Source of the DNA: Bispira polyomma
Lineage: Eukaryota
Assembly: GCA_965649765.1 (NCBI GenBank)
Contig: OZ287754.1
Coordinates: 52,824,001-52,888,000 of the forward strand
Direction of reading: 5' to 3'
Length of the DNA: 64,000 nucleotides
The notes below the pieces were generated by a model. The model made no database searches and was not told the DNA's origin. It saw nothing but the letters and a program-made list of their open reading frames with translations. Made by a program: the position numbers and the translations under genes. This document shows, piece by piece, positions 11,293-23,853 of the stretch. Each line of letters opens with the position of its first letter. Positions within the stretch are counted from its first letter, which is position 1.

Positions 11293-12540
11293 CCCTACAT
11301 GTGCCACAGAACAGGATCCAGCGGTTGACTTCCGTTCTTTCTTTGACTCAGGCATCTTTAAATAAGCATTTTTATTTGTGGAATCCATCGTTTCAGCTGC
11401 AGGTTTTATAGTGAAAGTTTTGTTTATATTTCCTCCCTTGGACGTTGAAGCAATGACACAGTCAGTTTTCAAAGCGACTGATGAACCAGCCTTTCTAGCC
11501 TGACGACAGTTTGATCCTGTATTGTTTTGAGAAATAATTGTAATTGGTTTTATCGGTGAACGGTTTCCCTTGAGAAGCAAACTAACATCTAGCAAAGAAA
11601 TGTCTGACAATTCTAGAAGCTTGTCTGAACCGCTGTGTTTCTTGAGCAAATTCTTCCTGGTATCTGACCAATTGCACAAGCTATCGACTTTGGGTTTCTT
11701 TAGTTTCGGTATATCTCCGCCTGGTCGGCTACTACTTTGACAAAGTTCCAAACTGCTTCGTTTCTTAGAAATGTTCTCTTCACCAAAGAAAATCCTGTCC
11801 AAGAGTTCAACCTGCTTTTCCTGTGATCTTGACCTAGTTTGCTCTGACCTTTGCGATCGACTCCCATTTGAAAGACGCATAGTTTTCCTCTGTTTCCCAG
11901 AGAGACTGTTACGCAATGGATGATTTTTTTGGGGCAGTTCACCTGGAGACTCTATATCCATTACTGCTGCTTCCCATTCTTGTTCATCTAGATCAGAAGA
12001 ACTAGGGGAACGTAAGCTGGAAAACAGAATTTCTGCATCATCGTGTTTCGTGGATCCAAGCAAAGCATCGGACTCTGCTGTTGCATCTGTGTGGGGAGGA
12101 TTTTGTATTTCACAATTAGTCGCTTTGTTTGTGGTATAATATTGATTCTTATTACTAGACAGAGACTTATTATGGGAGAAGAGTATTGCATTATGTCCTT
12201 GGTTATCATCTTGTTTACGTAGTGGCTGCTGTAGCGGCTTCTTTGGGCCCCCTAACTCTATGCATTCTATATCTGAATCACCGGAAAATAAATCACTGCT
12301 GCTGTCGTTAACACTAATACCAGTAAATTTGTGTGTATTTTTGCAGTCTGAAGAACTCTGTTTCATGCCGTTCTTGTTCGATTTCCCTAGATTTCTGTTC
12401 TGAGACTCAACCTGACCTTTTTCAGTCGTTAATGTCTTAGCTTCTTGAATCAGGTGTTCGAAATCAGAATCTGAATCCATGAAGGACGACAACACTACTT
12501 TTTTCTTCTCTTTCTTCTTCTTCCTCGAAGACTTCAACCG
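11293..12540 (-). CDS. Large host gene exon (416 codons, S/K-rich and disordered; SIM-like DIECIEL)
   Basis: Part of ORF 11203..12552. TATTTGCAG acceptor, GG|GTGAGT donor, phase 0->0. Confidence 0.85.
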
Positions 12541-13587
12541 CTGCAAATACATAGAAGAAATACATATAATAAAGAACTAGTGAGTAGACGATTCGACTAA
12601 TGTGTCTTAGTGTTTGCCATTGTAAGCAGCAATATATGTCAATTTGTAAAGCAAATTAGTGGAATCGATTAATTTAACCAATATTTAGCACACAGTATGA
12701 AACCCATTTAATGATATAAAAATACTCTTTCATTAAATACAAGAATATTTTTTTATATCATTAAAACAGAATTTACGAATTTTCCATGGATTTCCAACAA
12801 TATTCCCTATACATGTACAGTTATAGGTGAATTTATCAACCAAAATTAATTTTATAAAATACAGGAATGGTACCATTGATCTGATTTTTTACCCAAAAAT
12901 CATCTCTGACCAATTCCACCAGATTGGAGCCACTATACTACTTCAGCTTCGCAAAAGCAATGTGGGAGGAGCCATGGATCCACCACAACCAGGCAGAGCC
13001 ACTTTTAGTACCTATATGGATCTTTTAGAATCATTATGCAGCCTCTAATGAGAACAGTGATTAACTGATCGAAATAAATATACCCATCAAACTATATTAT
13101 GAAGGCATAAGTTGGTGAGAGTAAAACAAATCAACCACACCTAGTTACTTATTAGTATGAAACCGAACCCACAAACTAGAATATGGTATTTCTAATGGTG
13201 TAATCACTTGTAAAAATCAAAACTGCTTTCTGGCAGGTAAAAAAGTAACAAGTCTTGTATATAACCGTATATCCCAGCCCATATCCTAGACTAATGGTGA
13301 GGCATGTAACTGGTGTACACAGGCTATAACTGTAAACAGGAAATGACATCACAAAAACATTCAAAACTTGTACACCCAAAATCTGTGCCAAATCCTGTAG
13401 ATATTGGAGGTTCTAGTTATACATAGTCTACTGTATGTGATTCAATAGTTTGCGGCCTAGACAAGACCCCACCCCCTCTTCCCCCAGTTCATTGAATTTT
13501 AGCAGGGGGGCAAAATATGGGTAAGGTCAGGGGTGGGTTTATTCTCCCCAACATTTATTAAGTGTACACAAACTAAGGTATAGATAC

Positions 13588-13658
13588 CTGTACAGCTTCT
13601 ACTGTCTTCTTTGCCATGTACAACTTGTCTCTGGGTCTCACACAGAGTTCTGGACTAC
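13588..13658 (-). CDS. Host gene exon (SPELCVRPRDKLYMAKKTVEAVQ)
   Basis: TTACTTCAG acceptor, CAG|GTATCT donor, phase 1->0, joins in frame to the large exon. Confidence 0.65.
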
Positions 13659-14504
13659 CTGAAGTAATGATAGACTTTTGTGTGTAATACACATAACAAG
13701 CTATACATCTGTGTGTCATTACCAATTTATACTAACTACTATTCTTACAGTGGTTATATATCTCAAAGGTCTAAACCTAAAGAAAATACCAGCCAGTTTT
13801 TTTAAGTGTTTTTGTATATATGTTTTTGATATTTTCATGTTCCATTAGAAATAAACAAGATTTATTTACCAAAATATGATTGCAGAATATGCAATTAACA
13901 AGAACCGAATGCAGTGGCCCTCGGTGGCCAAAGCGTCAGTTGTGTGCTGACAGTGTGTTTGAAATGTTAATGGGTAGTGGTGTGATGTGTTGTTTGATTT
14001 GTTTGAAGATGTGTAATGAGAAGTAGTTCGAAAGTGTGGTAAAGGCATTAAAAATTTTTTTTTATGACCCCCCACCTCCCCCCAAAAAATGCAACCCACC
14101 CCCCACTCCCTCCCATAAAAAAAACAACAAAAAAAACAACATTTTATTACCTCCATATTTAAAAATAAAAAATATTATATTATATATTATGCCAAAGAAA
14201 AACAAATGAAAAACACACTAGCACAAGGACAAACAAAAAGAAGGAAAACCAATTAAAAAGAAAAACATTAAAAAGAAAAACAACTAGCAACACACACTGG
14301 CTTGCCTGGAAGAAATACTACCATTGGCACACTGTTGCTGCAAGGGCCGCCCCCACCATAAGACACAAAGAACAATCTGTGGCCGCCAATCATTTACAAC
14401 ATCAAATTTGATTGCTTAACATCCTTAAACATGGTATATCTCTGCAACGAATACATATTTCAGCTCAAAAATTTTTTTGAAGCCAAACACATGCCAACTG
14501 ATGT

Positions 14505-14568
14505 AAAAACTATGAATAACATAATGTAAAACTATGAATAACATAACGCAAAACTATGAATAACATAA
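14505..14568. repeat. 22-bp tandem repeat x3 (AAAACTATGAATAACATAATGT)
   Basis: Directly visible. Confidence 0.85.
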
Positions 14569-17500
14569 TATAGACGCAGTCACACACTATAATACCCAAT
14601 TTGCATTCAACATCATAATTACACAAGAGTTGAAGTTGCTTTCGATTTTCTTTAAACAAACAAACCGGCAACTGGTTACTAACCAGTTAGTGGTAAATTT
14701 ACAAAGTACAAATCAAAAAAGCAATCAGTGACGTAACAAAAAGCTTCCTCATCTTATTTCCATGCAAATTGCTTGTAGGTTTATCAGGTTGACAGATAAA
14801 AATGCATACACATGGTACGCATCTAATAGAATGGTAAGTATGAAGTTGAATTTTTGAGCCGATTTCACAAAAATGCTGATGCAACACGAAATCTGCAGTA
14901 GACCATCAATGAGTGAGACTTGTCTTGCTAGACTCGCTAATTTAAAAAGATAAAATGTTCACAGATCCTTTAATATGGTGAGTTTATACAACAAAACTGG
15001 TTAAACAAGTTTTTCATTAAGAACTTTACAAAGTACATGTTAATTTAATATAATTGGCCCCATTAAACTGAACATGCATAATAATATCAAGAATTAAACT
15101 CCTTACTATTCTTAAGTTACACTTACTGTCTAAAGCGGATTTATCCTCAAAGCCAATTAATGGCTTAAAATATGACTTATTCCTTGGCTTTATCATAGCT
15201 TCATCAAAATTACTTTGATTCTTTAATAAATTTGGAAATAAACTGCCTCCTTGCGATGGTTCCACTTGAGGAACTTGCTTCTGTGACATCTTAGTCTAAA
15301 AATGTACAAATAGGTATAAGGAAGAGTGAATGCAATACTCAGGCACATGACATTTATAATTACACTTTTTAAACAAATTTTTGTGGTTTTCTTTATTAGT
15401 TTTAATGAGATCCATGAAAGCCTTTGAGTGAAGGAATATACTTTTGTGCTTAAAATGTGGACATCCTAAACTGTTCAAGGAAGTAATAGAATAAGTCAAT
15501 AATTAAAGCAATTCTAAACGATTTGGTATAGGAAACGACTCTGTCTCTCAACAGTACGTCAGTATATCAAAGCATTGTCGAGGACAAAAAAACTCGTATA
15601 ACTTTTGTATGGTTATGTATCATGTTTCCGATGCAATATGGTTTTCGAGATTTTATATTTGCTTTGTACGTATTTTATGATAAACCTATTTTTATTAAGT
15701 ACGCCAATAACCGCGACAAACATTATACTTCTCTTTTTTTAGATATTGACCAGACAAACAGTGAGACTTATCTTTCTTTCGGATTAAATAAGATAAGTAT
15801 CTCTCATACCAGTCGAACGTGGCTACTGTAATGGCTGTAATTTAAAACAAATCCGAAACGAGGACGCACTCCGTTATTATTTCGGTATTATCGCTCACAC
15901 AATGGGTAAAATGTGGTAATGGAATTAGTAAATAACAATATCTTTAACACCAGGCATGTAATATATTATATATAATTGTATTTTACAGTCAAAATGATTC
16001 ATTAAGTCGATGTCTTGTTTTGTCTGGTCATGAAGAACACTTTCTGGTTTTCTTTTCGGTTTGTTTTCATCCGATATTTCGGTTTAGCCAATCAACTTAC
16101 AGGGGGTTACCTTTACAGAGAACATTCTAAACTTATCAAGAAGTAAAATAATTTTTCAAATTTATAATCAGTGATTATAGCGTCCTCGTTTGTAGCCCTA
16201 AAAGGTATCAAATAAATATGTTTAAATCTGGGAGGCTACTATTGGATATTGATTGAATAATTGGTTTTTCCTTTGTATATTTTTATCACAAAATCACTAG
16301 TAAAATCTGTCAGAAACTCTGAACTAGAAGATTTCTTTAATTCAATACCATTAAATGCTTATCCCTCATAAAAATTAATAGTTGTGTATTCAATGATGTC
16401 CAGTCATCCACAGCCTAACTGCCAAAGGGGAAAATCTACACCATATTGCAGCAAAGACAGTCACTCTCAGTCTCATGTAGAGAGGAAAAGCATCTTTCAA
16501 GTTCCGGACACACAATTTATTGAGAATTTGGAAATAGTTTATAAAATATTTATGACAGAACTTAAATAACAAATTGATTTTCTGGTACCGTTGGTACAAC
16601 TTACATTTCTGCCTAACCCTATTACGTAATAAGATCATTATACAATGTGTCTCACTGATCTTGTACCTGTACACCTCCTTCAATTCTTGTAATCATGTCA
16701 TTGACACTATTTATCCAATCATCATTATTCTTGAAACTTTCATCTAAATTTACAAATTTATATATTTTTTTTGGGAGGGGAAAGAATTTTCATGAAGATG
16801 TGACTTAACATTTTCCAAATTTCTTTAGTTTAAATTTACTATATATAATTGCATGATCAGGTGCTTTACAAGAGGAGAACATATGATGCGTCAAATGACA
16901 TGATTCTATCAGATTATTTACAGAAGATACTTTACACATTTCACACATACTGACATTATAATTACATTGTGAAGTTATAATACAATGTACCATGCACTGA
17001 CTTTCCTTTACTTGTTACATAAGTATAATTATCCAACTCTGGACAAACACGACCATTAAGAATGCCATATCTTGTGTCTCACAGTGGCTGTTTATTTTTT
17101 TATTGAATAGCTGAAATTTGTCAAAAATACAGATAATATGTGATATAACGGTGAACACAAAGTGGATAGCAGAAATATGTAAGTCTTTTGATAATAGGGA
17201 TCATATTTGTCACAAAAATAAAAATGTATAAAGATTAAATGGAAACATTTTTATATGCAGAATATTTCAAACTAAATTTTATATTGAATGACAGTGGATC
17301 CAGTATGGTTTTCCATACTTGGAAGGTGCATTGAAACATTAGGTGAAGGACCAGAGTCACACTAGTGAAATGTTATTTATACAAAATAGTAAAAACTTCT
17401 GCAGTGATTTGTATGCATTGAACTTTCATACCAGTTGGAGCGCAAAAGTTTAAAACTGTTGATATAATTTACTCTTCACAAAACAAGTTTTTTTTAACCT

Positions 17501-17929
17501 TGTACAAGAAACAGTGTTTTCAATTTTACGTTTAATGCAGGAGTGTAATCTGCCCAAGATTGACAGAATACCCTAAATTCATTCAAAGTCTGGCATATTT
17601 TCTAAATTGTATTCTCGTCCCATGACATATTAACTTTCCATCTTCATAAATCAAACAAATACATTCAATCTTTCTATGATGCCAAGTCACTACTCTAAAA
17701 GGGCCTTCAAACACCCTAATTGAGTGCTAGTGATAGTATGAGTAATGTTCTTTGTCGAATGGTGAGTACACAAGAGAATCATTTTTAATTTATAGTCTTC
17801 TACACAAGAGTTTCCGAGTACCTGAGATATATTTCAGATATCTTATTGTACAATATTTTCATGTACAATGTTAATACAATACCTATGGCCATAGAAATAG
17901 AAACGCTCAATAGCCCAAAGATAGAATTG

Positions 17930-19125
17930 ATGCTTTTATAATTCCGAAGTTTTATAGAGCTCTCACCCCGTATATATTAACCAGTGACAGGTTTTTGTAT
18001 ACAATTGGTATCAAAATATATGGTTTCGTAAGACCATGAAACATTACTGCATATGAAATTAGGATTGTTCATCAAGGTTGCCGATTCTACTTTAGGCCGG
18101 ATCTAGTCAGACTTAAATAACATAAATTGTAATCTTTATAATTCGGGGACAAAGGTTCGGCGGCTCTCGAAATACTGTTAATACTGACTTAGGCAGATCT
18201 CAAGTTCAAATATTTGAAGTTAAATGGGTTTTTCAGATAGGACCTGTCGTATGCAAAGTTGGAACAAAGCATAACACATTCTCGTGGGGTACAAAACCAC
18301 CATAAATATTATTGGTATTCCACTGACTGCTTCCACTTTGAATAGTAAAAGTTTTTATATCTGATCTCCAGAATGGATACAAAGCCGGCCTTGTACTTAG
18401 ACTCATACTATGACTCAAGATCATTTCTGGGTTAAGTCTTACGTGACATACTTTTAAGAGAGCATTCGTTATTATTACTTCATAAGGTTTATTATTAAGA
18501 CTCAAAAGACGGAAATTATTCTCATTTTTAAAACAATTTAATCCGCACAACGACTCTATTAATCAGTAAGTGTTCCTGTTGAAGAAAATCCATTCTAATA
18601 GGTCCTTCCAAGGTGTATAAATTACCATGCTGAGTCCAAGTCAATCTATCATAATGTGATACAATGGTTCCATTTAAGCCAGTCTCATCCATATTACCTG
18701 CAGTATCTTTATAAAAACCCTCTCACTGAAGACTGCTCAAATTTTCATCAGTACTGCTGTTTACGATTACATGCAAGTATAGGCTTTGTACACAAAATTC
18801 AAACTGACTCTCGTAGTGATTTGCCTTTAGTTTAATTCAACGACACATTGTTTAAATATAGAGCTTAAACCAAGGTTAACCAAAACCCCATCGTCTTTGT
18901 CTTTTCAATTTGAGTTGTCCTTAGATTTTTAAAGTAACCTGTAGCTTACTTTTACTGAGATTGATGTGAGCGCCCATGTTATTGGCTTTATCGAAAACTA
19001 AACTAGAATCTTCCGTAGACATAGACTCTGGTCGACAAGGTATCCAGTCCACACTTCTTACTGCCGTTTTGACCAGACACTTTTCAAAGATGGCCAAATT
19101 GGTGTTGTACACTTCCATCACGAAA
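17930..19125 (-). pseudogene. Polinton major capsid protein (PY, double jelly-roll) pseudogene
   Basis: Ordered motifs LAIFE..VKTAV..VDW..CRP, INLSKSKLQVTLKI, LSSIFKQ, GFYKDTAGNMD, EGPIRMD, ALLKVCHVRLNP..LSH..ALYP..RSDIKTFTI..G..NNIYGGFVP and KNPFNF. Many stops and frameshifts. Confidence 0.85.
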
Positions 19126-19129
19126 AGAA

Positions 19130-19490
19130 ATCGGGTTTCATTGGGTAATATTTACTCATTCCAGAACCTACAACTCATGTCATATTCAAAGCATTTATGG
19201 ATTGATCGTCCATAGATATAGAGTATACTGAAAATTGGTGGGTTTAATTGCGGTTTTCGAATAATTTTTTAATTTAAATCCAATGCGTCTTATTTTCTGT
19301 TTATTGATTGGTATGAAATATGGGATAAGAAAACTCAATCTTCTTCATCCCAACAGGATCTGATTGTAGCATTACGGATCTTGCAGACTGGGGATTACCA
19401 AAGAACAGGCTTAGCCAATTCTGATACATTTGTTTACTACACTTATAGGAAGTGACTATGTGTCTTATTTTTAAGTGAATAAGCATGTAA
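19130..19490 (-). pseudogene. Possible Polinton minor capsid (penton) C-terminal remnant
   Basis: FFGNPQSARSV...IEFSYPIF weakly resembles VGD...PLLR...F.xP.Y. Lies immediately upstream of PY. Confidence 0.35.
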
Positions 19491-19699
19491 AATGCTGTAA
19501 GTTTAGCAAGTTTGAAACTTCTGTCTCACTTTTAAGATCATAAATTGGAGCGGTCATTTCAAAAGTATGGGGGCCATTTTGAAAAACTGCCACAGTGTCC
19601 TTTCATTGAGGTCAGAGGAAGTGTCTCCTGCTGTTATATGTAAGAGCTCTAGAAATAATATATAAACTTAATTAAGCTACTAGATTAAAAGGCATTTGA

Positions 19700-20400
19700 A
19701 ATGGCATAATCGAAAATATCTACTTGGCCAAAAAACAGATATCGACCATAGCTGTTGTACAGTGGCAGAGAGACTACAGTTTTTACTTGGAGAACTGATT
19801 TTTCACAGATATAACTGGAAGCCATATAAACCGCCCTGCGACTGTCCGGTTACCCCTATACTGTTCCCCCACTGTGTACGACCAAGGGACCACTTTAAAG
19901 TAAAATTAAATTTTCTGCAATAGATCACTTACAGAAGAGGGAAGTGGGAGATCATGTTATTGCCGCCTCTCACAGGTGCAACTTAAAAAACGTTGCCCAT
20001 TCATTCATGGTGATTAGCCAGTCACACAGAGATCCCCCAAAGTAACTTGGATAATATTTTGAACCCACAGGGATTTACTTCTGAAACTCTTGGTAAGCAT
20101 AGATCTCCATGGCCATTGTGTAAATTTAGGATTTTTTTAAATTTCCGCAACAAAGGTGGCACAGCATGGGGCATCGCTATACTTTCCTCCATATGTGATA
20201 TGCCCAAAACTGATTGCGACTCAATTCAGGAAATACTTGATGAACGGCCATTTTAAACATGCTGGGTAAAGCAGAAATAATCAAGGGGCCATCGTGAAAG
20301 TGGGAGCCGGCCATTAGAATTGCCAGGTTGATTTGACCACACATTGACCCCATTGCATAGTACTTGATTAAGAATTGCCCCAGCCGTGTGTCAGTCACAC
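19700..20400 (-). pseudogene. Possible Polinton retroviral-type integrase remnant
   Basis: YYAMGSMCGQINLAILM..HDG resembles V.GID.QWQADLVDM..NDG. FKILSKLLWG resembles RTLK.KMW. GRF(Y)GFQL resembles G.FY..EL. Highly degenerate. Confidence 0.45.
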
Positions 20401-22158
20401 AATGTTCACCCGTGTGAGGGCCTAATTAGATCGGCCCCATTGATTTCACAGAATGAAGCAATGCGTTCTCCACTCTACCCAGAAATGATTCTCCCCACAA
20501 ACCCTTTTTAAAGATATTATTAAGGAGGCTATTGTTACTATTTTCTTTGCTCTAATTACTTCATTAGAAACTTTATATAATTAACACATATAGTTAATGT
20601 TATTAAAAGTAAATGTTATTAAACAGTTTAAAGTAAGTCAAGCAAATGAATATCACTAATCAAGTTTATAAATAACAAAGCAAATGTCATATGTTTATAG
20701 TTAAAAAGTAAATACCACATTGTCAAGTAATTAAGTATTATGTCAGGATATAGGTTAAAAGCAACATGTTTATTAATGAATCTTTTGTAAGTATGTGGTA
20801 TCATCATATTTTTGACAACTATGTTCTAATATATAATGTATTTTATCAATGTGTAAGTATGCAGTTTTATACAAGTGTGTGCACTAAGAAACCCTGTTTC
20901 CTGTGCATCATTCCTTAGGAATGTAGTCCAAGGTTCTTCCCATATTTACACCTAGGTGTAGCAAAATAAGTAATCATGTGACCCCTTCAGCTATAAAAAA
21001 CTATATTACCCACAATCCTATGCAGGTCACATGACATCCCATATAAGACAATGATATCTAAATATTATCAAATAACTGGTCACATGACCATCAACAATTC
21101 TTTCTTCCTAGTCAGATGACAAATCACATGACCCTTGCCAATACTGTATAAGGCAATGGTTTGATCACATAACCAAGCAATGCATCAACATTTACTAAAT
21201 TACTAAATTTCTGATAATGTGACTTCTATATTAATTCATTTTACTTATTTTCTATAACCATGTGACCAGTCTTTCCTGTAGAATTCCAGTGATTGTAATC
21301 TCTGTGTGACTCATGACATAAGAAGCAGCACATGCTCCAGAAAAAGATATGGAGATATTATAATATGATGAGATGAGATGAGATAAGCACAGCATTCTGG
21401 GCCTTGTGCCCAGAGTCTATAATAAAGAGCCAGTTATATCAGGCCTCACAGAAAAGTACCATCAAGATTTAATATGATACTAAAACTGTTGTTTGTTAAG
21501 TATTTTAAAGTTTGTTAAAAGAAGAAATAAAGTATGATGAAAAAGCTTACAAAAAAGACTGTTATTACTTTGGATTTCAACTATTGTCAAGTGATAGAAC
21601 CCGCCAGAAACGCACAACCATTACAGAAGTCAAATTTACAGAAACATCTAAATAAAAGACACCCAACCACCACTTGACATATTGCCGGCCCATTCTGTCC
21701 TATTGGGATCCGCCGCTTTTTCAATACGACAGGCCGGGCCGCCAATCCGATTAAACTTATTTGACTCCCGACTTGACGTATTACTCCCCGATCAAACTTT
21801 TTGTCACCCGGCAGAACTTGGTCTGAACACGTTTTTTATCCCAATGGAACTTAACACAGCAGGACAGAATGTATTGGCTATCAGATCTGCCGGGAGAGGT
21901 GAAAAAATCGAACAGGGGAGGATATGACAGAACTTATCAGCATTAGGATCTGACGTATTCAGTACCGACCAATAGGATCGAACGGGGTTGTTTGGGTATA
22001 AAAACATCCCGTCAGTACTGGACTCGTTGTATTTGGAGATTGCTGACTGACACAAAGTTGTGTTTTTTGTAGAGAGGAATTTTTATTGTTAATTAGTTAT
22101 ATGTTTTGAGTTTAGGGCAAGTTTTACAGTTAGGTTTTTTTCACACACAACATTAAAG

Positions 22159-23853
22159 ATGCCTAGATTGAGGAGAGTCAAGAGGAAGATTGTGGAGCAG
22201 GAGAGAGAGAAGGAGTTTGAAGTGGGAGTATCATCAGATGAGATGACAGAGAGAGTCCTACAGTGAGTGAGAGAGCAGAGAGTGAGAAAGAGGATGCTTC
22301 ACAAGTATTGCCTGGATCTTCACAGTACAGAGTACGCGTGAAAAAAGGCCGGCAAGATGGTCCATGTCATTTTGACAGAGGAGGACGAGGAAGCAGTACT
22401 GGATTTTGTCAGAGACAATGAGGTGCTTTTCAATAAGCGCCACGAACAGTTCAAGGACAGAGCACTGAAGGAAAAGTTGTGGTCCGATTTCACAGCTATC
22501 CGTGGTTTGAAAACCAACGAGGTTAGGACTTGGTTTAAGTTGCAGAAGACCCGCTTCGGCAAGTTGCTGGTTAAGAAGTCTGGACAGGCCGCACCCGATT
22601 TTGCAGAGCGAGAGAACTGGCTGATCGCGTGCTTCTTGTATCTTGGATCTCACATCGTCAGGCATGTCAAGTCGTCAGGCTTTAAGCCCAGCGCTACGTC
22701 TACCCAGTGAGTGTCCCCACCCCGCCAGGGAAGCCACAATATGTCCAGATGTTCCAGCATTGAAGGAGAGGGCGACAGCATCACAGAGACCAGTCTCAGA
22801 AGCCTCCAGAGAAGTTCCCCGTCTCGATTCAGCTCAGACACCAACCAGATGCTTGGAGAGCACCTCACGCAGATCAGGACACTGATGAGCAGCTTGGTTG
22901 GAGAGCAGAGAAGTCGCCAGAAGCCTGTGACCAACCGCAGCGCCTTTTTCGCTTACCTAGCAGCCGAGGCAGAGAAGTTAGCTGAGGGTGAGTTTCAGAA
23001 GTTCCGAGACAGCACCTTTTCCTGCCTCAGCCAGGTTCAGCAAGGCAGAAATCAACCCGTCAATAGTGCCTTCGCAAGACCTGCCCCGACGTCTACCCTG
23101 TCGCGAGCGCCTGGATCGAGCTACGTTCCCCAGCAGTATGTGCAGCAGTCTCAGCATCCTCAGCTTGTGGTGATGGATAGAGCTACAGAGTCTTCGGCTG
23201 CTGCACAGAAGCCCATGTTTTAACCGCAGAACTTTCCGTCCCAGCAGTCTCAGCACCCACCACAGTACGTTGTGGTGGGTACAGCTACAGAGTCTTCAGC
23301 TGCTGGGTCGTCTCAGCAGAAGCCTGCTACCACGTTTCAACAACAGAACTTTCCATCCCAGCAGTCTCAGCACCCACCACATTTCGTTGTGGTAGGTACA
23401 GCTACAGAGTCTTCAGCTGCTGGGTCGTCCAGTGTCAAGTCGCCGACTTACTGTAGCTTGGAAGAACATTCAAGGGTTTCTACTAAGTTGAAGATGCTGA
23501 GCATTTCTCCTAGTAAGCAGTACTCGAACCCACCTTCCAATGCGTCCTTGTTTGAGGAGTCAGCACACAACACGTCAACCCTGTCAAGCTTTCTGAGGAA
23601 GTACAACAGTGAAATTTCACAGGACTATGGTTATGAGACAGTTAGTCCCAGCACCCCAGGGATACTGGTAATGCCTTTAGCAGTGGACAATCAGCAGTCC
23701 CAAGTCGTCTTGATTGACAACACACAGCAGCTAATCGTCTCGCCAACACTTCAGCCAGAGGCCGAGCCCGTGTCACAGCATCAGCTACACCTGCAGCCCG
23801 CTTCACCTGCACCGTCTACCTCTACCACTCCACGACCAACACCGCTGCAGTAG
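22159..23853 (+). pseudogene. Harbinger MADF/Myb-SANT DNA-binding protein (with BESS-like segment), pseudogenised
   Basis: LTEEDEEAVLDFVRDNEVLFNKRHEQFKDRALKEKLW...EVRTWF..QKTRFGKL is a MADF domain. ORFs 22357..22710, 22711..23223 and 23272..23853 are one frame broken by TGA and TAA. Frameshifts lie 5' of 22357 (ATG at 22159). Confidence 0.85.

Larger units (their letters stand above)
2854..13658 (-). pseudogene. Spliced host gene, partial and apparently disrupted: disordered protein with SIM-like and MIU-like motifs (possible ubiquitin/SUMO reader or STUbL-type E3 N-terminal region)
   Basis: GT-AG exons 13658-13588, 12540-11293, 8492-8345, 7474-6856, 5979-5863, 4576-4482 and 2917-2854 have compatible phases, except that exon 7474-6856 has a TGA at 7220-7218 and 1 extra base. 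Start and end not identified. Confidence 0.75.
14690..20420 (-). mobile_element. Heavily decayed Polinton/Maverick remnant; boundaries approximate
   Basis: Clear major-capsid remnant. Weaker integrase, minor capsid, protease and pPolB-like traces, all on the minus strand. No TIRs seen. Confidence 0.6.

Noticed and set aside
21003-21015. Left Harbinger TIR (TATTACCCACAA)
   Set aside because: Only a 12-bp match to the right end, with no extension and no 3-bp TSD, and separated from the element body by unrelated sequence.
22258-23256. Minus-strand ORFs overlapping the MADF gene (likewise + strand ORFs over the PLE and LINE)
   Set aside because: Antisense shadows of real coding frames.
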